A stretch of 64,000 nucleotides of DNA, from NCBI GenBank assembly GCA_021798985.1, contig JAJZBI010000006.1:74716-138715 (forward strand). The letters are read 5' to 3'. Every line of letters begins with the position of its first letter. Position 1 is the stretch's first letter. The notes under the pieces were generated by a model. The model did not search any database, had not been told where the DNA came from, and saw only the letters and a list, made by a program, of their open reading frames with translations. Below, one piece after another: positions 26,050 to 35,259 of this stretch. The stretch comes from Actinomycetes bacterium (lineage in GTDB: Bacteria > Actinomycetota > Acidimicrobiia > Acidimicrobiales > Bog-793). The position numbers and the translations under genes are program-made.

Positions 26050-26153
26050 GGAGACCTAGCGTACAACATCGCGAGTTTGTCTGCCCGGTCGGGCAGGCAG
26101 ATGGCGCACAAACTCCCCGGCGCGCGCGATGCGGCGCCGGGGAGTCGAGCTGG

Positions 26154-27737
26154 TCAGACCTTGGCGGGTGCCGAGATCCCGAGCCGCTTGCCGGACAGGT
26201 CGAGCCCGGCGACGGCGACGTAGGACGCACCAGGGTGCACGGTGATCGCGGTCTCGAACCCGGCCTTGGGGACGACGGCGACCGGCTCGAGCGACTTCGC
26301 GCTGCTGCCAGCGAGGACCTGCCAGTAGGCGACGTTCGTGGCGCCGTTCCAGCTGACGTAGGCGGCGTACCCGCCGATGGCGTCCTGGTCCACGACCAGT
26401 TGGGGCGGACTTGCTGGGGTGCCGGTCCATTCGTAGCGAAAGGCGCGGTAGGACTGGTCGTTCGTCGGGAAGCGCACGTCGTAGATGAGGTTGCCATTCG
26501 GGTCGAACTCACTCGAGTATGGCTCGGTGCCCCAGCCCACGAACGCGTTCCCGTTCGCCAGCATCTGGATGCTGCCCTCGTAGTAGGTGAGCAGCTTGGC
26601 TGGGTGCGTGTAGGCCTTGGTCAGGCTCACCTTCTTGGCGCTCTCGTCGACCGCCAGCACGAGCGCCCTCGACTGGGGCTCTTCTGCGGGCGTGGCCGCG
26701 TCGTCAAACACTGTGATGCCGTTGTTGTAGCGCCGCACGTGGTGCTGCCATTCGAAGTTCGCCCCCTTTTCGATGGCGAAGTTGGAGCGCTTGCCGCCGA
26801 GGCGCCAGATGATGGCGCCGCTGCGGCGATCGATGCGGTAGACCGTCCAGGTGTTGCGCGCCGAGACCAAGAGGCTGTTGTCGTCCCACAGCGCAACGGA
26901 GTTGATGTGGAAGTAGTCGACGGGGGAATCCCCGGTAGCCTTGGTGTACGAATCGGTCACCGGCACGTGATCGAGGCTGTTCCATTGGAAGAGCACCTTG
27001 CCCGTCGCGATGTCGATCTCTTGGATGACGCCCTCGAAGACCGATCCGTTCTTCGGGCCGCCGATCGCCGAGACGTCCGTGGCGGACTTGCGGTAGGCGG
27101 TGACGAGCGCCGTGTTCTGCGGCGTCAGCGTCAGCTCGTGCAGGTCGACCTCAAGGCCGTTGCCGGCCTTGATCGTGGCGATGGTCTGGTACTGATGGTC
27201 GAGCAGGTAGCCCTTGCCATAGCCCATGCCGTTGACGATCTGGCCGTTCCAGAACGTAAGCACCGGCTGGCCCCGGTAGCTCTGGACCTGGAGGTTCGTC
27301 GCCAACTCGGTGGTCGGCTGGAACCAGATCACCTCGCCCCGGTTGTTGGCGATCATTACCCCCATCTGCCCTTTGCCCTTGGCCACGGCCTGGGCCTGGG
27401 AGAGCCCCCGCACCCCGGGCAGCAGGCTTGGTGTCAGCATCACGAGGCCGGACGCGGTGCCGGCGTCGAGGTCGACGACTTGAAGGCGCGGCGGGATGAG
27501 CCCGGGGCGTGTCTTGAAGTCACCCTCCGGCGGGGTCGCCGGTGCCGAGCTCTGCTCGTGGCTGGCATTCGAGCTGCCGATGCGAATGCCGCCGAAGGCG
27601 GAGCCGGCGAGCGCGGCGATGCCGATCGCCCCACCACCTCCGCTCAATAAGAGCCTGCGCCGGCTGATCGTGTGTCGATTGCCCGATTGGGCAGGAACAT
27701 CTTGGACATTGTCATCTGAAACGGACGGACCCGCCAT
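26154..27737 (-). CDS. Arylsulfotransferase (ASST)-like beta-propeller protein with twin-arginine signal
   Basis: The Tat-like SRRRLLLSGGGGAIGIAALAGSAFG is followed by YRGQPVLTFWNGQ, QEIDIATGKVLFQWNSLDHVP and DYFHINSV. Confidence 0.8.
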   Translation of the reverse strand: MAGPSVSDDNVQDVPAQSGNRHTISRRRLLLSGGGGAIGIAALAGSAFGGIRIGSSNASHEQSSAPATPPEGDFKTRPGLIPPRLQVVDLDAGTASGLVMLTPSLLPGVRGLSQAQAVAKGKGQMGVMIANNRGEVIWFQPTTELATNLQVQSYRGQPVLTFWNGQIVNGMGYGKGYLLDHQYQTIATIKAGNGLEVDLHELTLTPQNTALVTAYRKSATDVSAIGGPKNGSVFEGVIQEIDIATGKVLFQWNSLDHVPVTDSYTKATGDSPVDYFHINSVALWDDNSLLVSARNTWTVYRIDRRSGAIIWRLGGKRSNFAIEKGANFEWQHHVRRYNNGITVFDDAATPAEEPQSRALVLAVDESAKKVSLTKAYTHPAKLLTYYEGSIQMLANGNAFVGWGTEPYSSEFDPNGNLIYDVRFPTNDQSYRAFRYEWTGTPASPPQLVVDQDAIGGYAAYVSWNGATNVAYWQVLAGSSAKSLEPVAVVPKAGFETAITVHPGASYVAVAGLDLSGKRLGISAPAKV

Positions 27738-27892
27738 CTCGGCCTCCTCTCGCTACCGCGCCCTCAGGCTGCCCATCCCGTCTAAAATGAACAGCGCCCC
27801 CCGTTGTGCAGCGGCTGTTTTCGCGTGCATTTCGTTAACCCAATCTTTAGGCCGAGACCCTGTGAGTCCGTTGTGATGAAGGTGATGACCGT
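27738..27892. promoter_or_regulatory. Divergent promoter region between the two ASST-like paralogs
   Basis: A 155-nt spacer between divergent starts, locally AT-richer (tctaaaatgaaca, gcatttcgttaacccaatcttta). No specific boxes assigned. Confidence 0.4.
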
Positions 27893-29836
27893 ATGAGCCG
27901 CAAGCAAGAGGGCGCCGGCGGGGGGCGGGTGCCTGACCCCTTAAAACGCCGGATCGAGCGACGTCGCCAGTTCATTCGCCGGCGGATCGCGGTCGGCACG
28001 AGCGCCGCGTTGGTCGTAGCGGCGACGATGTTCGCCGTCAACCTGCGAGGTGGCGAGACGACGGCGAGCCGCAGCGCGATCCAGCTCACCGACGCCCAAC
28101 GCGGCCTCGTGTCGCCGGTCGCGATGCCCGGCGCTTCACTGCCCCAGGTGCCGGCGGGCGCCGTGACCGTGTCGCCCGAGCCGAACAGCCGGACGGCCGA
28201 CCCGCGCACCCAGATCAGCGTGCTCGGCGCGCCGTTGTCGGCATTGACCAACATCACCGTCACGGGCTCAAAGAGCGGCGTGCACCAGGGTCACTGGGAG
28301 GCCTACAAGAGCGCGACCGGCGCTAGCTTCCTTCCCAGCCGGCCCTTTGTGCCCGGTGAGACCGTGACGGTGAAGACGAACCTCACGATCGTCGGCTCGA
28401 ACAACGGCACCTATCAGTTCCAAGTGGCACACGTCTTGCATCTAACTGGCGATCTCACTGTGCCCGCCTCGCACACCAACGTCGCCGGCGTCCAGCACTT
28501 CGCCACGCAGCCGGCGATGTTGCCTCCCGCCATCACGGTCGCGAAGAGCGACTCCTCCCTCGGCCCGGACGAGTCGTTCCTGCTCTCGCCCAAAGGCGAC
28601 GTCGGCCAGCCCGGTCCGATGATCGTGGCACCCGACGGCTCGCTCATCTGGTTCGACAACCTCGCGAAGACCGGCCAGCTCGCCTTCGACCTGAACGAGC
28701 AGCGCTACCACGGCCAGCCCGTGCTCACCTGGTTCCAGGGCCAGGTGCGCTACGGCCACGGCGAAGGTGAAGGCATCATCATGAACGACCGCTACCAGGT
28801 GATCGCCAAGGTGCACGCCGGCAACGGGGTCCAGATGGACTTGCACGAGTTCCAGCTCACCTCGGCGGGACAGGCCTACATCACCGCCTACCGCACGGTC
28901 CGCTGGAACCTGTCGAGCATCGGCGGCCCGGCCAATGCCACCGTCTTTGACGGTGTGATGCAGGAGATCGACGTCGCGACGGGCCTCGTGATGGACGAGT
29001 GGGACAGCCTCGACCACGTTCCGACGACCGCCTCGTACTACGGCAAGCCACCGACGTCGAGCTATGAGTACGACTACTTCCACATCAACAGCATCCAGCC
29101 GCTGGCGGGGGGCGATTTGTTGATCGGGGCGCGCAACACCAGTGCCGCCTACGAGGTCGACCCGGCCGACGACGGTGCGGTGGTGTTCCAGCTCGGCGGC
29201 AAGACGCCGAGCGTCCCGATGCAGACCGGTTCGTTCTTCTGGTTCCAACACGACGTTCAGCTCCATGGCGGAGGCGTCTTCACCGTCTTTGACGACGGTG
29301 CCGCCCCGCCGCGCGAGCCGAGCTCTCGGGCGCTGTTCTTGCGCCTCAGCACCTCGGCCAAGCAGATCCAGTACCTGGGGGCCGACACGCACCCCGGCGT
29401 GCTCGCCTACGCGCTCGGCAACGTCCAAGAGCTCCCGCACGGCAGCGTCGAGGTCGGGTGGGGGACGGCGCCCTACTACTCGATCTATTCCTCGAGCGGA
29501 GCGCTCTTGTATGACGCGGCGATGCCCCAGGGCGACGACTCCTACCGCGCCTATCTCGACCGCTGGCAGGCCCAGCCCGAGACCAAGCCGACGATCGCGG
29601 TGGCGAACCTCGGCGGCAGTACGAGCGTGCGGGTCAGCTGGAACGGCGCGACCCAGGTGCACGCCTGGCGGCTGCTCGCCGGCCCGAGCCCGAACCGGCT
29701 CGGCCTCGTCACGACCGTGCCGAAGACCGGCTTCGAGACGGCGATCAGCGTGCCCAGGCACCCGGCGTATCTCCGGGTGGAAGCGGTCAACGGGGCCGGC
29801 CAGGTGATCGGCGGCTCGCTGCCGCACGCTGGCTGA
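27893..29836 (+). CDS. Arylsulfotransferase (ASST)-like beta-propeller protein with N-terminal anchor and extra N-terminal domain
   Basis: Basic/hydrophobic N-terminus RRRQFIRRRIAVGTSAALVVAATMFAV. Paralogous motifs YHGQPVLTWFQGQ, QEIDVATGLVMDEWDSLDHVP and DYFHINSI. Confidence 0.8.
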   Translation: MSRKQEGAGGGRVPDPLKRRIERRRQFIRRRIAVGTSAALVVAATMFAVNLRGGETTASRSAIQLTDAQRGLVSPVAMPGASLPQVPAGAVTVSPEPNSRTADPRTQISVLGAPLSALTNITVTGSKSGVHQGHWEAYKSATGASFLPSRPFVPGETVTVKTNLTIVGSNNGTYQFQVAHVLHLTGDLTVPASHTNVAGVQHFATQPAMLPPAITVAKSDSSLGPDESFLLSPKGDVGQPGPMIVAPDGSLIWFDNLAKTGQLAFDLNEQRYHGQPVLTWFQGQVRYGHGEGEGIIMNDRYQVIAKVHAGNGVQMDLHEFQLTSAGQAYITAYRTVRWNLSSIGGPANATVFDGVMQEIDVATGLVMDEWDSLDHVPTTASYYGKPPTSSYEYDYFHINSIQPLAGGDLLIGARNTSAAYEVDPADDGAVVFQLGGKTPSVPMQTGSFFWFQHDVQLHGGGVFTVFDDGAAPPREPSSRALFLRLSTSAKQIQYLGADTHPGVLAYALGNVQELPHGSVEVGWGTAPYYSIYSSSGALLYDAAMPQGDDSYRAYLDRWQAQPETKPTIAVANLGGSTSVRVSWNGATQVHAWRLLAGPSPNRLGLVTTVPKTGFETAISVPRHPAYLRVEAVNGAGQVIGGSLPHAG

Positions 29837-29868
29837 ACCAGCTGGCCTCCTGACGGGCGAGGCGGACC

Positions 29869-30792
29869 TCAGCGCGCGGCTGGCGAGTCGATCGCCCGTG
29901 CCGTGGCGCGCAGGAACGCCCGCAGCGCCCGGCGCGCGCGGCGCTCGAGCTCGCTGCGGCCGACGGCCTCCCGGGTGGACAGGGCGCGAAAGGTCCCCTC
30001 GACGGCGATCGCACAGCGTTCGGAGTCGATCGGGCCCACGGTGAGCGTGCCTTCGAGGCGGAGGGTCTCAATGTCGGTGAGCACCTCGGCCTCGAGGCGA
30101 TAGCGCCGGCTCGAAGCCTGCGCCGCACCTTTGGTCGCTCCGGCGCGGGCAAGGCGCGCCGCGACCGCTGGCACCGAGTCGTCGTCGCGAGCGCGCCGCC
30201 GGCCCGGGGCAGCCGCCAAGAAGGCCGGCACGGCGAGGGCGCCGAGCTCGCCCCGCAGCGAGCGCAGGCGCCGGTCGGCGAGCTCGAGGGGCGCCTCGAC
30301 CTCGACCCGGTCGGTGACAAGCACCTCGGTCGGCCGGGCCCGGTGCGAGTCCCCCTCGAAATGGTAGGTGCCGGCCTCGATCGCCGCGTCTCGCGCGGCG
30401 ACCTCGGCGAGGCTGGTTCGTGCCAACAGCTCGCGCAATGCCCCGGTCATCTCGAGCCACGTCTCGTGCAGCGGACACACCGCGTCCCAGCGGCACGGGC
30501 CCTCGCCGAGCGCGCAGCGCTCAGCGTGCAAGGTGCCCTCGGCTGCCTCGATCACCTCGAGCACGCTGATCTCCTCGGGCGAGCGGATGAGGCGGTAGCC
30601 GCCGTCGCGGCCGGCCCGCGACGACGCGAGCCCGGCGCGCACCAGGTCCGCCAGGATCTGGGAGGCGAACGTGGCCGGGATGGTGGTCTCGGCGACGACT
30701 TCACGGATCTTGCGCTGCTCTCCAGAGGCAAAGGCCCGCGCCAAGGTGATCGCCGAACGCATCACGTAGTCGCCGCGCCGCGACAAGGTCAT
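29869..30792 (-). CDS. Rrf2-family transcriptional regulator with Cys triad and a C-terminal extension of about 160 aa
   Basis: MTLSRRGDYVMRSAITLA...IPATFASQILADLVRAGL is a winged helix. The Cys triad is C-x6-C-x5-C (CALGEGPCRWDAVC). The 421-aa ORF was trimmed to ATG 30792. Confidence 0.8.
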   Translation of the reverse strand: MTLSRRGDYVMRSAITLARAFASGEQRKIREVVAETTIPATFASQILADLVRAGLASSRAGRDGGYRLIRSPEEISVLEVIEAAEGTLHAERCALGEGPCRWDAVCPLHETWLEMTGALRELLARTSLAEVAARDAAIEAGTYHFEGDSHRARPTEVLVTDRVEVEAPLELADRRLRSLRGELGALAVPAFLAAAPGRRRARDDDSVPAVAARLARAGATKGAAQASSRRYRLEAEVLTDIETLRLEGTLTVGPIDSERCAIAVEGTFRALSTREAVGRSELERRARRALRAFLRATARAIDSPAAR

Positions 30793-31112
30793 GTCCACCG
30801 GCCGAGCCACCTCCTCGGGCGTGCATGGTATCGGGGCCGGAGCCATCGCCCAGAGGGCGAGCGCACCCCGACGCCGAGCGCAGCCAGGCTGGCGCGCCGC
30901 CTGCCAGCTGGCCGCGTGGTGAGCGCGCGCATTAAGGTCAAGTCCGCAGCTTGAGGTAGAGAGGAGCGGGCCATGCACCACCACAGCGCGACCAGCCGGC
31001 GCCAGCGGCACGTGGCGGACCGCGCCCATCACGACGCTCGACCCCACTGCGCGCTGGCCGAGGTGCTGGTGCCGCTTCGGCAGCGATCGCAATCCGATCA
31101 GCGGGCCAAGGC

Positions 31113-32402
31113 GTGCAGGGCGCGAGAGGCGCACGGGTGAGCAACGCTGCAGCGCAGCGCGCCCGCGCGCTCGAGCGCCGCCGGCGCGCCCGGCGGATCG
31201 GCCACCTCCGCCTCGCCGGGCTCATCGTCCTCGTCACCCTGGCGATCGTGCTGCCGTTCGCGCTCAGCTCGCCGGCACCGGCCCGAGCGGTGAAGCAGGC
31301 GGGCGCGCTTGGGGGCGAGCGGACAGCGAAGGCGGCCGTGGCCGCTGCAGCGCGCCACCGGACGATCAGACCTGGCCCGAACCTCGCGCCGGGATCGAAC
31401 CCTTCAGTCCTTCCGGGCCCGGTGCTCGTCGCCGACGAGGAGAACAACCGGCTCTTGTTGATCTCCCCGAGCGGATCGATCCTTTGGCGCTTCCCCGGGG
31501 CGCATTCTCTTGCCCCCAATCAGAGCTTCTTGTCGCCAGACGACGCCTTCTTCACGCCATCGGGCAAGCAGATCATCGCGACCGAGGAGAACGATCAGGT
31601 CGTCTCGCTCATCCAGCGCCAGCCGTCGCACATCCTGTGGCGCTACGGCACGCCGGGGGTGCCCGGTGCTGGCCCGAACCACGTGGACAACCCCGATGAC
31701 GCGATGGTCATCCCCGGGCACCACGTGCTCGTCGCGGACATCAAGAACTGCTCGCTGCTGCTCCTCACACCGCCGAGCCACGTGGCGACGATGCGGATCG
31801 GACAGAACGACACGAGCTGTCTGCACCAACCCCCGCTGCGCTTCGGGAGCCCGAACGGCGCGTTCCCCATGACCAACGGCCACTACCTGATCACCGAGAT
31901 CAACGGGGACTGGGTCGACGAGATGACGTTGTCGGGCAAGGTGCTCTGGTCGACGCACCCGCCGGGCGTGGCGTACCCGAGCGACACGAACGAGGTGTCG
32001 CCGGGCGTCTACCTCACGGTCGACTACTCGACGCCCGGCCAGATCGTGGAGTTCAACCAACAGGGCAAGCTGCTGTGGCGCTACGGGCCCACGAGCGGCC
32101 CGGGGATGCTGTCGCATCCCTCGCTGTGCGAGCCGATCCCGACCAATGGGGACATCTTGTGCAACGACGACGGCAACGACCGGGTGATCGTGGTCGATCC
32201 GCACACCAAGACCATCGTCTGGCAGTACGGCCACACAGGCGTCTCGGGCAGCGCGCCCGGTTACCTCGCCGGACCCGATGGCGTCGACCTCGCCCCTCCG
32301 TATTCGATGCTGGTCCGCCACGCCCCGAGCATGGGCGCACCGCCGGCGTCGTGCCCCTCCTCGCTCCCAGCGGGTGCGTGCAGCGGTCCGGGTGCGGGGT
32401 GA
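31113..32402 (+). CDS. Membrane-anchored/exported beta-propeller repeat protein (ASST/NHL-like blades)
   Basis: Anchor LRLAGLIVLVTLAIVLPFALSS. About six repeats ending in (I/L)LWR(F/Y)G-type strands (SILWRFPG, HILWRYGTPG, KVLWSTHPPG, KLLWRYGP, TIVWQYGHTG). An in-frame GTG at 31137 after GAGAGG is an alternative start. Confidence 0.65.
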   Translation: MQGARGARVSNAAAQRARALERRRRARRIGHLRLAGLIVLVTLAIVLPFALSSPAPARAVKQAGALGGERTAKAAVAAAARHRTIRPGPNLAPGSNPSVLPGPVLVADEENNRLLLISPSGSILWRFPGAHSLAPNQSFLSPDDAFFTPSGKQIIATEENDQVVSLIQRQPSHILWRYGTPGVPGAGPNHVDNPDDAMVIPGHHVLVADIKNCSLLLLTPPSHVATMRIGQNDTSCLHQPPLRFGSPNGAFPMTNGHYLITEINGDWVDEMTLSGKVLWSTHPPGVAYPSDTNEVSPGVYLTVDYSTPGQIVEFNQQGKLLWRYGPTSGPGMLSHPSLCEPIPTNGDILCNDDGNDRVIVVDPHTKTIVWQYGHTGVSGSAPGYLAGPDGVDLAPPYSMLVRHAPSMGAPPASCPSSLPAGACSGPGAG

Positions 32403-32472
32403 GCGCGTGGCGCTGACTCGAACCGCAGGCGACCCGGGCGCGTGGCCGGGATGGAACGAGGCAAAGGGAGCA

Positions 32473-33693
32473 ATGGAAGAGATCCACGAGCACGGGCCGA
32501 GAGTCGGCCAGCATGCACCGGGAGGCTCGGCGTCGACCGGGGTGCGCCAGGTGCGCTTCCCGCTGGGTGCGCGGCCCTTCCTCGTGCTCATCGAGCTGAC
32601 GCGAGCGTGCGCGCTCGCGTGCGCGCACTGCCGCGCCGAGGCGATCGACACACCCGAGCCCGACGAGCTCTCGACTGCCGAGCTGCTCGCGCTCTTCGCG
32701 GATCTCGCATCCCTCGGCAGTCCGAGGCCCCATGTGGTCCTGTCCGGTGGCGATCCGCTTCGCCGTGGCGACCTGGATCAGCTCGTGGCCGCGGCGGCGA
32801 GCCACCATCTGGCCGTCGCCGTCTCCCCGGCGGGGACGCCGCTCGCCTCGAGCGAGCGGCTCGCTGCCCTGCGCGCCGCGGGCGCCGGTGCGGTCTCGTT
32901 CTCCCTGGACGGCGCGAGCGCGCTGACCCATGACGGCTTTCGCCGGGTCGCGGGCTCCTTTGCCTGGACGCTTGCGGGATGCGAGGCGGCCAAAGCCGCC
33001 GGGCTGCGCCTGCAGATCAACACGACCGTGTGCGAAGAGACGGTTGGCTCGCTGCCCGACATCGCCCGGCTCGTCGACGCGCTCGGTGCCAATCTGTGGA
33101 GCGTCTTCTTCTTGATCCCCGTGGGGCGCGGCGAGGCGCTCTCGCCGCTTTGTGCGAGCGATGCCGAAGACGTGTACGCCTTCCTCGCCGACCTCGCCGG
33201 GGTGATGGCACTGAAGACCACCGAGGCTCCCGCCTATCGCCGCGTCGTGCACGATCGTCTGGCGGGGAAGCGACGGGTAGGCGGACGGCGCTATCACGAG
33301 CTGTGGGAGCAGCTGCGCGCGACGTGGCCCGAAGGCGCGGCGCGCATCAAGGCGAGCCACGCGGTGGCGCCAGCGTCGCGGCGCGCGCCGCTGGCGGTTG
33401 GAGACGGCCGGGGCGTGGTCTTCGTCTCGCGCACCGGCGAGGTCTTCCCGAGCGGCTTCTTGCCGCTGCGCGCCGGGAGCATCCGAGAGCGCCGCCTCTC
33501 GGAGCTCTACACCAGCTCCCCGCTGCTTCGCGCGCTGCGCGATCCGGATCGACTCGGTGGGCGCTGCGGGCGCTGTGAGCTGCGCGAGCTGTGTGGTGGA
33601 TCGCGGGCGCTCGCCTACGCGGTTTCCGGCGATGCCTTCGGCGAGGATCCGTCGTGCAGCTATGAGCCCGCCCTCGTCGCCTCGGGGGCGTGA
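32473..33693 (+). CDS. Radical SAM enzyme with C-terminal SPASM/twitch-like Cys-rich domain
   Basis: LTRACALACAHC (C-x3-C-x2-C) lies near the N-terminus, with C-terminal CGRCELRELCGGSRALAY...DPSCSY. ATG 32473 follows AAGGGAG. The longer ORF from 32278 would overlap the upstream gene. Confidence 0.85.
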   Translation: MEEIHEHGPRVGQHAPGGSASTGVRQVRFPLGARPFLVLIELTRACALACAHCRAEAIDTPEPDELSTAELLALFADLASLGSPRPHVVLSGGDPLRRGDLDQLVAAAASHHLAVAVSPAGTPLASSERLAALRAAGAGAVSFSLDGASALTHDGFRRVAGSFAWTLAGCEAAKAAGLRLQINTTVCEETVGSLPDIARLVDALGANLWSVFFLIPVGRGEALSPLCASDAEDVYAFLADLAGVMALKTTEAPAYRRVVHDRLAGKRRVGGRRYHELWEQLRATWPEGAARIKASHAVAPASRRAPLAVGDGRGVVFVSRTGEVFPSGFLPLRAGSIRERRLSELYTSSPLLRALRDPDRLGGRCGRCELRELCGGSRALAYAVSGDAFGEDPSCSYEPALVASGA

Positions 33694-33699
33694 GCGGCG

Positions 33700-35259
33700 A
33701 TGCGCATCCACCTCGTCGAGCCCGCTCCTGCTGGCCACAACGTCTATGACCTCTCGCGCCTGCCACGCCTCGGCCTGCCGCTGATGGGGACCCTGCTCGA
33801 GCAGCAAGGTCACGACGTACGCGTCTCGGCTGAGGTGCTCGCCCCCGTCGACCTCGAGCGCTGCCTGCACGCCGACCTCGTCGGCATCTCGGCGACCACC
33901 GCCACCGCCCCGTCGGCCTATCGCCTCGCCGACCTGCTCGCCGAGGCGGGGGTGCCGGTCGTGCTCGGCGGCCCCCACGTCAGTTTCTGTGCGACCGAGG
34001 CGCTCGAGCACGCGCCCTTCGTCGTGCGCGGCGAGGGTCAAGAGACGATCCTCGAGCTCGTCGCGCGTCTTGAGGGCCACGGCGACCTCACCCAGGTGAG
34101 CGGGCTGTCGCGTCGCGGCGAGGACGGCGAGGTGGTGCACCACCCCGACCGGCCGCGCTGCAACCAGGCCGACTTCGAGCGCCTGCCTGCGCCGCGCCTG
34201 TCGCTCATCGACGGGCACCGGGCGATGTCGACCATGCCGGTGATGACGCAGTGGGGGTGTCCCTTTGACTGCGAGTTCTGCTCGGTGAGCGCCCAGTTCT
34301 CCCGCCGCGTCCGGCACCGTCGCGCCGATCAGGTGGTCGAGGAGCTGCGCGACCTCGAGGCGTCGCGGGTCTTCTTCTACGACGACAACTTCGTCGTGAA
34401 CAAGGCGCGCGCGACCACGTTGCTGCGCGCCATGCTCGAGGCCGACGTGCAGGTGCCGTTCTTCGCCCAGATGCGGGCGCAGGTGGCGCTGCGCAACGGT
34501 GCGGAGCGCCAGGCCGACGACGAGTTCTTGGCCTTGCTCGCCCGCGCGGGCGCCGAGATGGTCATGTTGGGCATCGAGACGATCACCGACGAGGCGCTGG
34601 CGGAGATCAACAAGCGCCAGAGCGTCGAGACCGTTGTGCGCGCGATCGGGGCGTTCCATCGCCACAAGATCGCGGTGCACGGGATGTTCGTCGCCGGCCT
34701 CGACGTCGACGACGCGAGAAGCGCCGAAGCGGCCGCGGACTTCGCCCGGCGCATCGGCATCGACACCTTCCAGCTGATGGTGGAGACCCCGCTTCCGGGC
34801 ACGCGGCTGTGGGAGCGCGTCGTCGCCGAAGAGCGGGTCTTTGCCGAGGACTGGTCGCTCTTTGACGGTCACCACGTGGTGATGCAACCGGCACAGATGA
34901 CCCCGCTCACGCTCCAGCTCTCGGTGCTGGCGGCGATGCGGCGCTTTTACTCCTGGCCGAGGATCGCCGCCTCGGGCCTTGCCACGGCGCTCGCGCATCT
35001 GCCCGACCTCGTCGGGGTGACCAACGCGAAGACGTTGTCGATGCTGCCCAAGCTCGCCCGCGCCGCCCGGGCACGGCGCTATGAGGAGGTGCCCGTCTTG
35101 TTGCGCGCCGCGGTGCCCGAGCGGGCGCTCGGCCGACTGACCGGTGCCTTCTGGCTGCCGGCACTGCGGCTGTACGCGCGGCTGCAGCTGCGTGCCCTGC
35201 AGGCCCAGCCGGCGACGCGTGCCCACCTCGCTGCGCTGGCGGCCCTGGAGGCCCGATGA
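33700..35259 (+). CDS. B12-binding-domain radical SAM protein (class B rSAM-like)
   Basis: N-terminal Rossmann-like B12-binding region (DLVGISATTATAPSAYRLADLLAEAGVPVVLGGPH), then GCPFDCEFCSV (C-x3-C-x2-C). Confidence 0.85.
   Translation: MRIHLVEPAPAGHNVYDLSRLPRLGLPLMGTLLEQQGHDVRVSAEVLAPVDLERCLHADLVGISATTATAPSAYRLADLLAEAGVPVVLGGPHVSFCATEALEHAPFVVRGEGQETILELVARLEGHGDLTQVSGLSRRGEDGEVVHHPDRPRCNQADFERLPAPRLSLIDGHRAMSTMPVMTQWGCPFDCEFCSVSAQFSRRVRHRRADQVVEELRDLEASRVFFYDDNFVVNKARATTLLRAMLEADVQVPFFAQMRAQVALRNGAERQADDEFLALLARAGAEMVMLGIETITDEALAEINKRQSVETVVRAIGAFHRHKIAVHGMFVAGLDVDDARSAEAAADFARRIGIDTFQLMVETPLPGTRLWERVVAEERVFAEDWSLFDGHHVVMQPAQMTPLTLQLSVLAAMRRFYSWPRIAASGLATALAHLPDLVGVTNAKTLSMLPKLARAARARRYEEVPVLLRAAVPERALGRLTGAFWLPALRLYARLQLRALQAQPATRAHLAALAALEAR

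Noticed and set aside
25851-29827. A 599-aa plus-strand ORF and a 461-aa minus-strand ORF antisense to the two ASST-like genes
   Set aside because: They are shadows. The ASST frames share long conserved paralogous motifs, and the antisense frames do not.
29869-31134. The full 421-aa ORF as the Rrf2 gene
   Set aside because: Rrf2 proteins start with the MxLSxxxxYA(L/M)R helix found here at ATG 30792. The upstream 114 codons are not protein-like and would overlap the divergent gene.
32473-33693. The SPASM-like radical-SAM enzyme as the anaerobic maturase (anSME) of the sulfatase at 5805
   Set aside because: This cannot be supported. It lies 25 kb away in a different operon and a different compositional block. 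Its N-terminal and C-terminal Cys motifs look at least as similar to NirJ/AhbD-type enzymes. It remains only a remote possibility to test by HMM.
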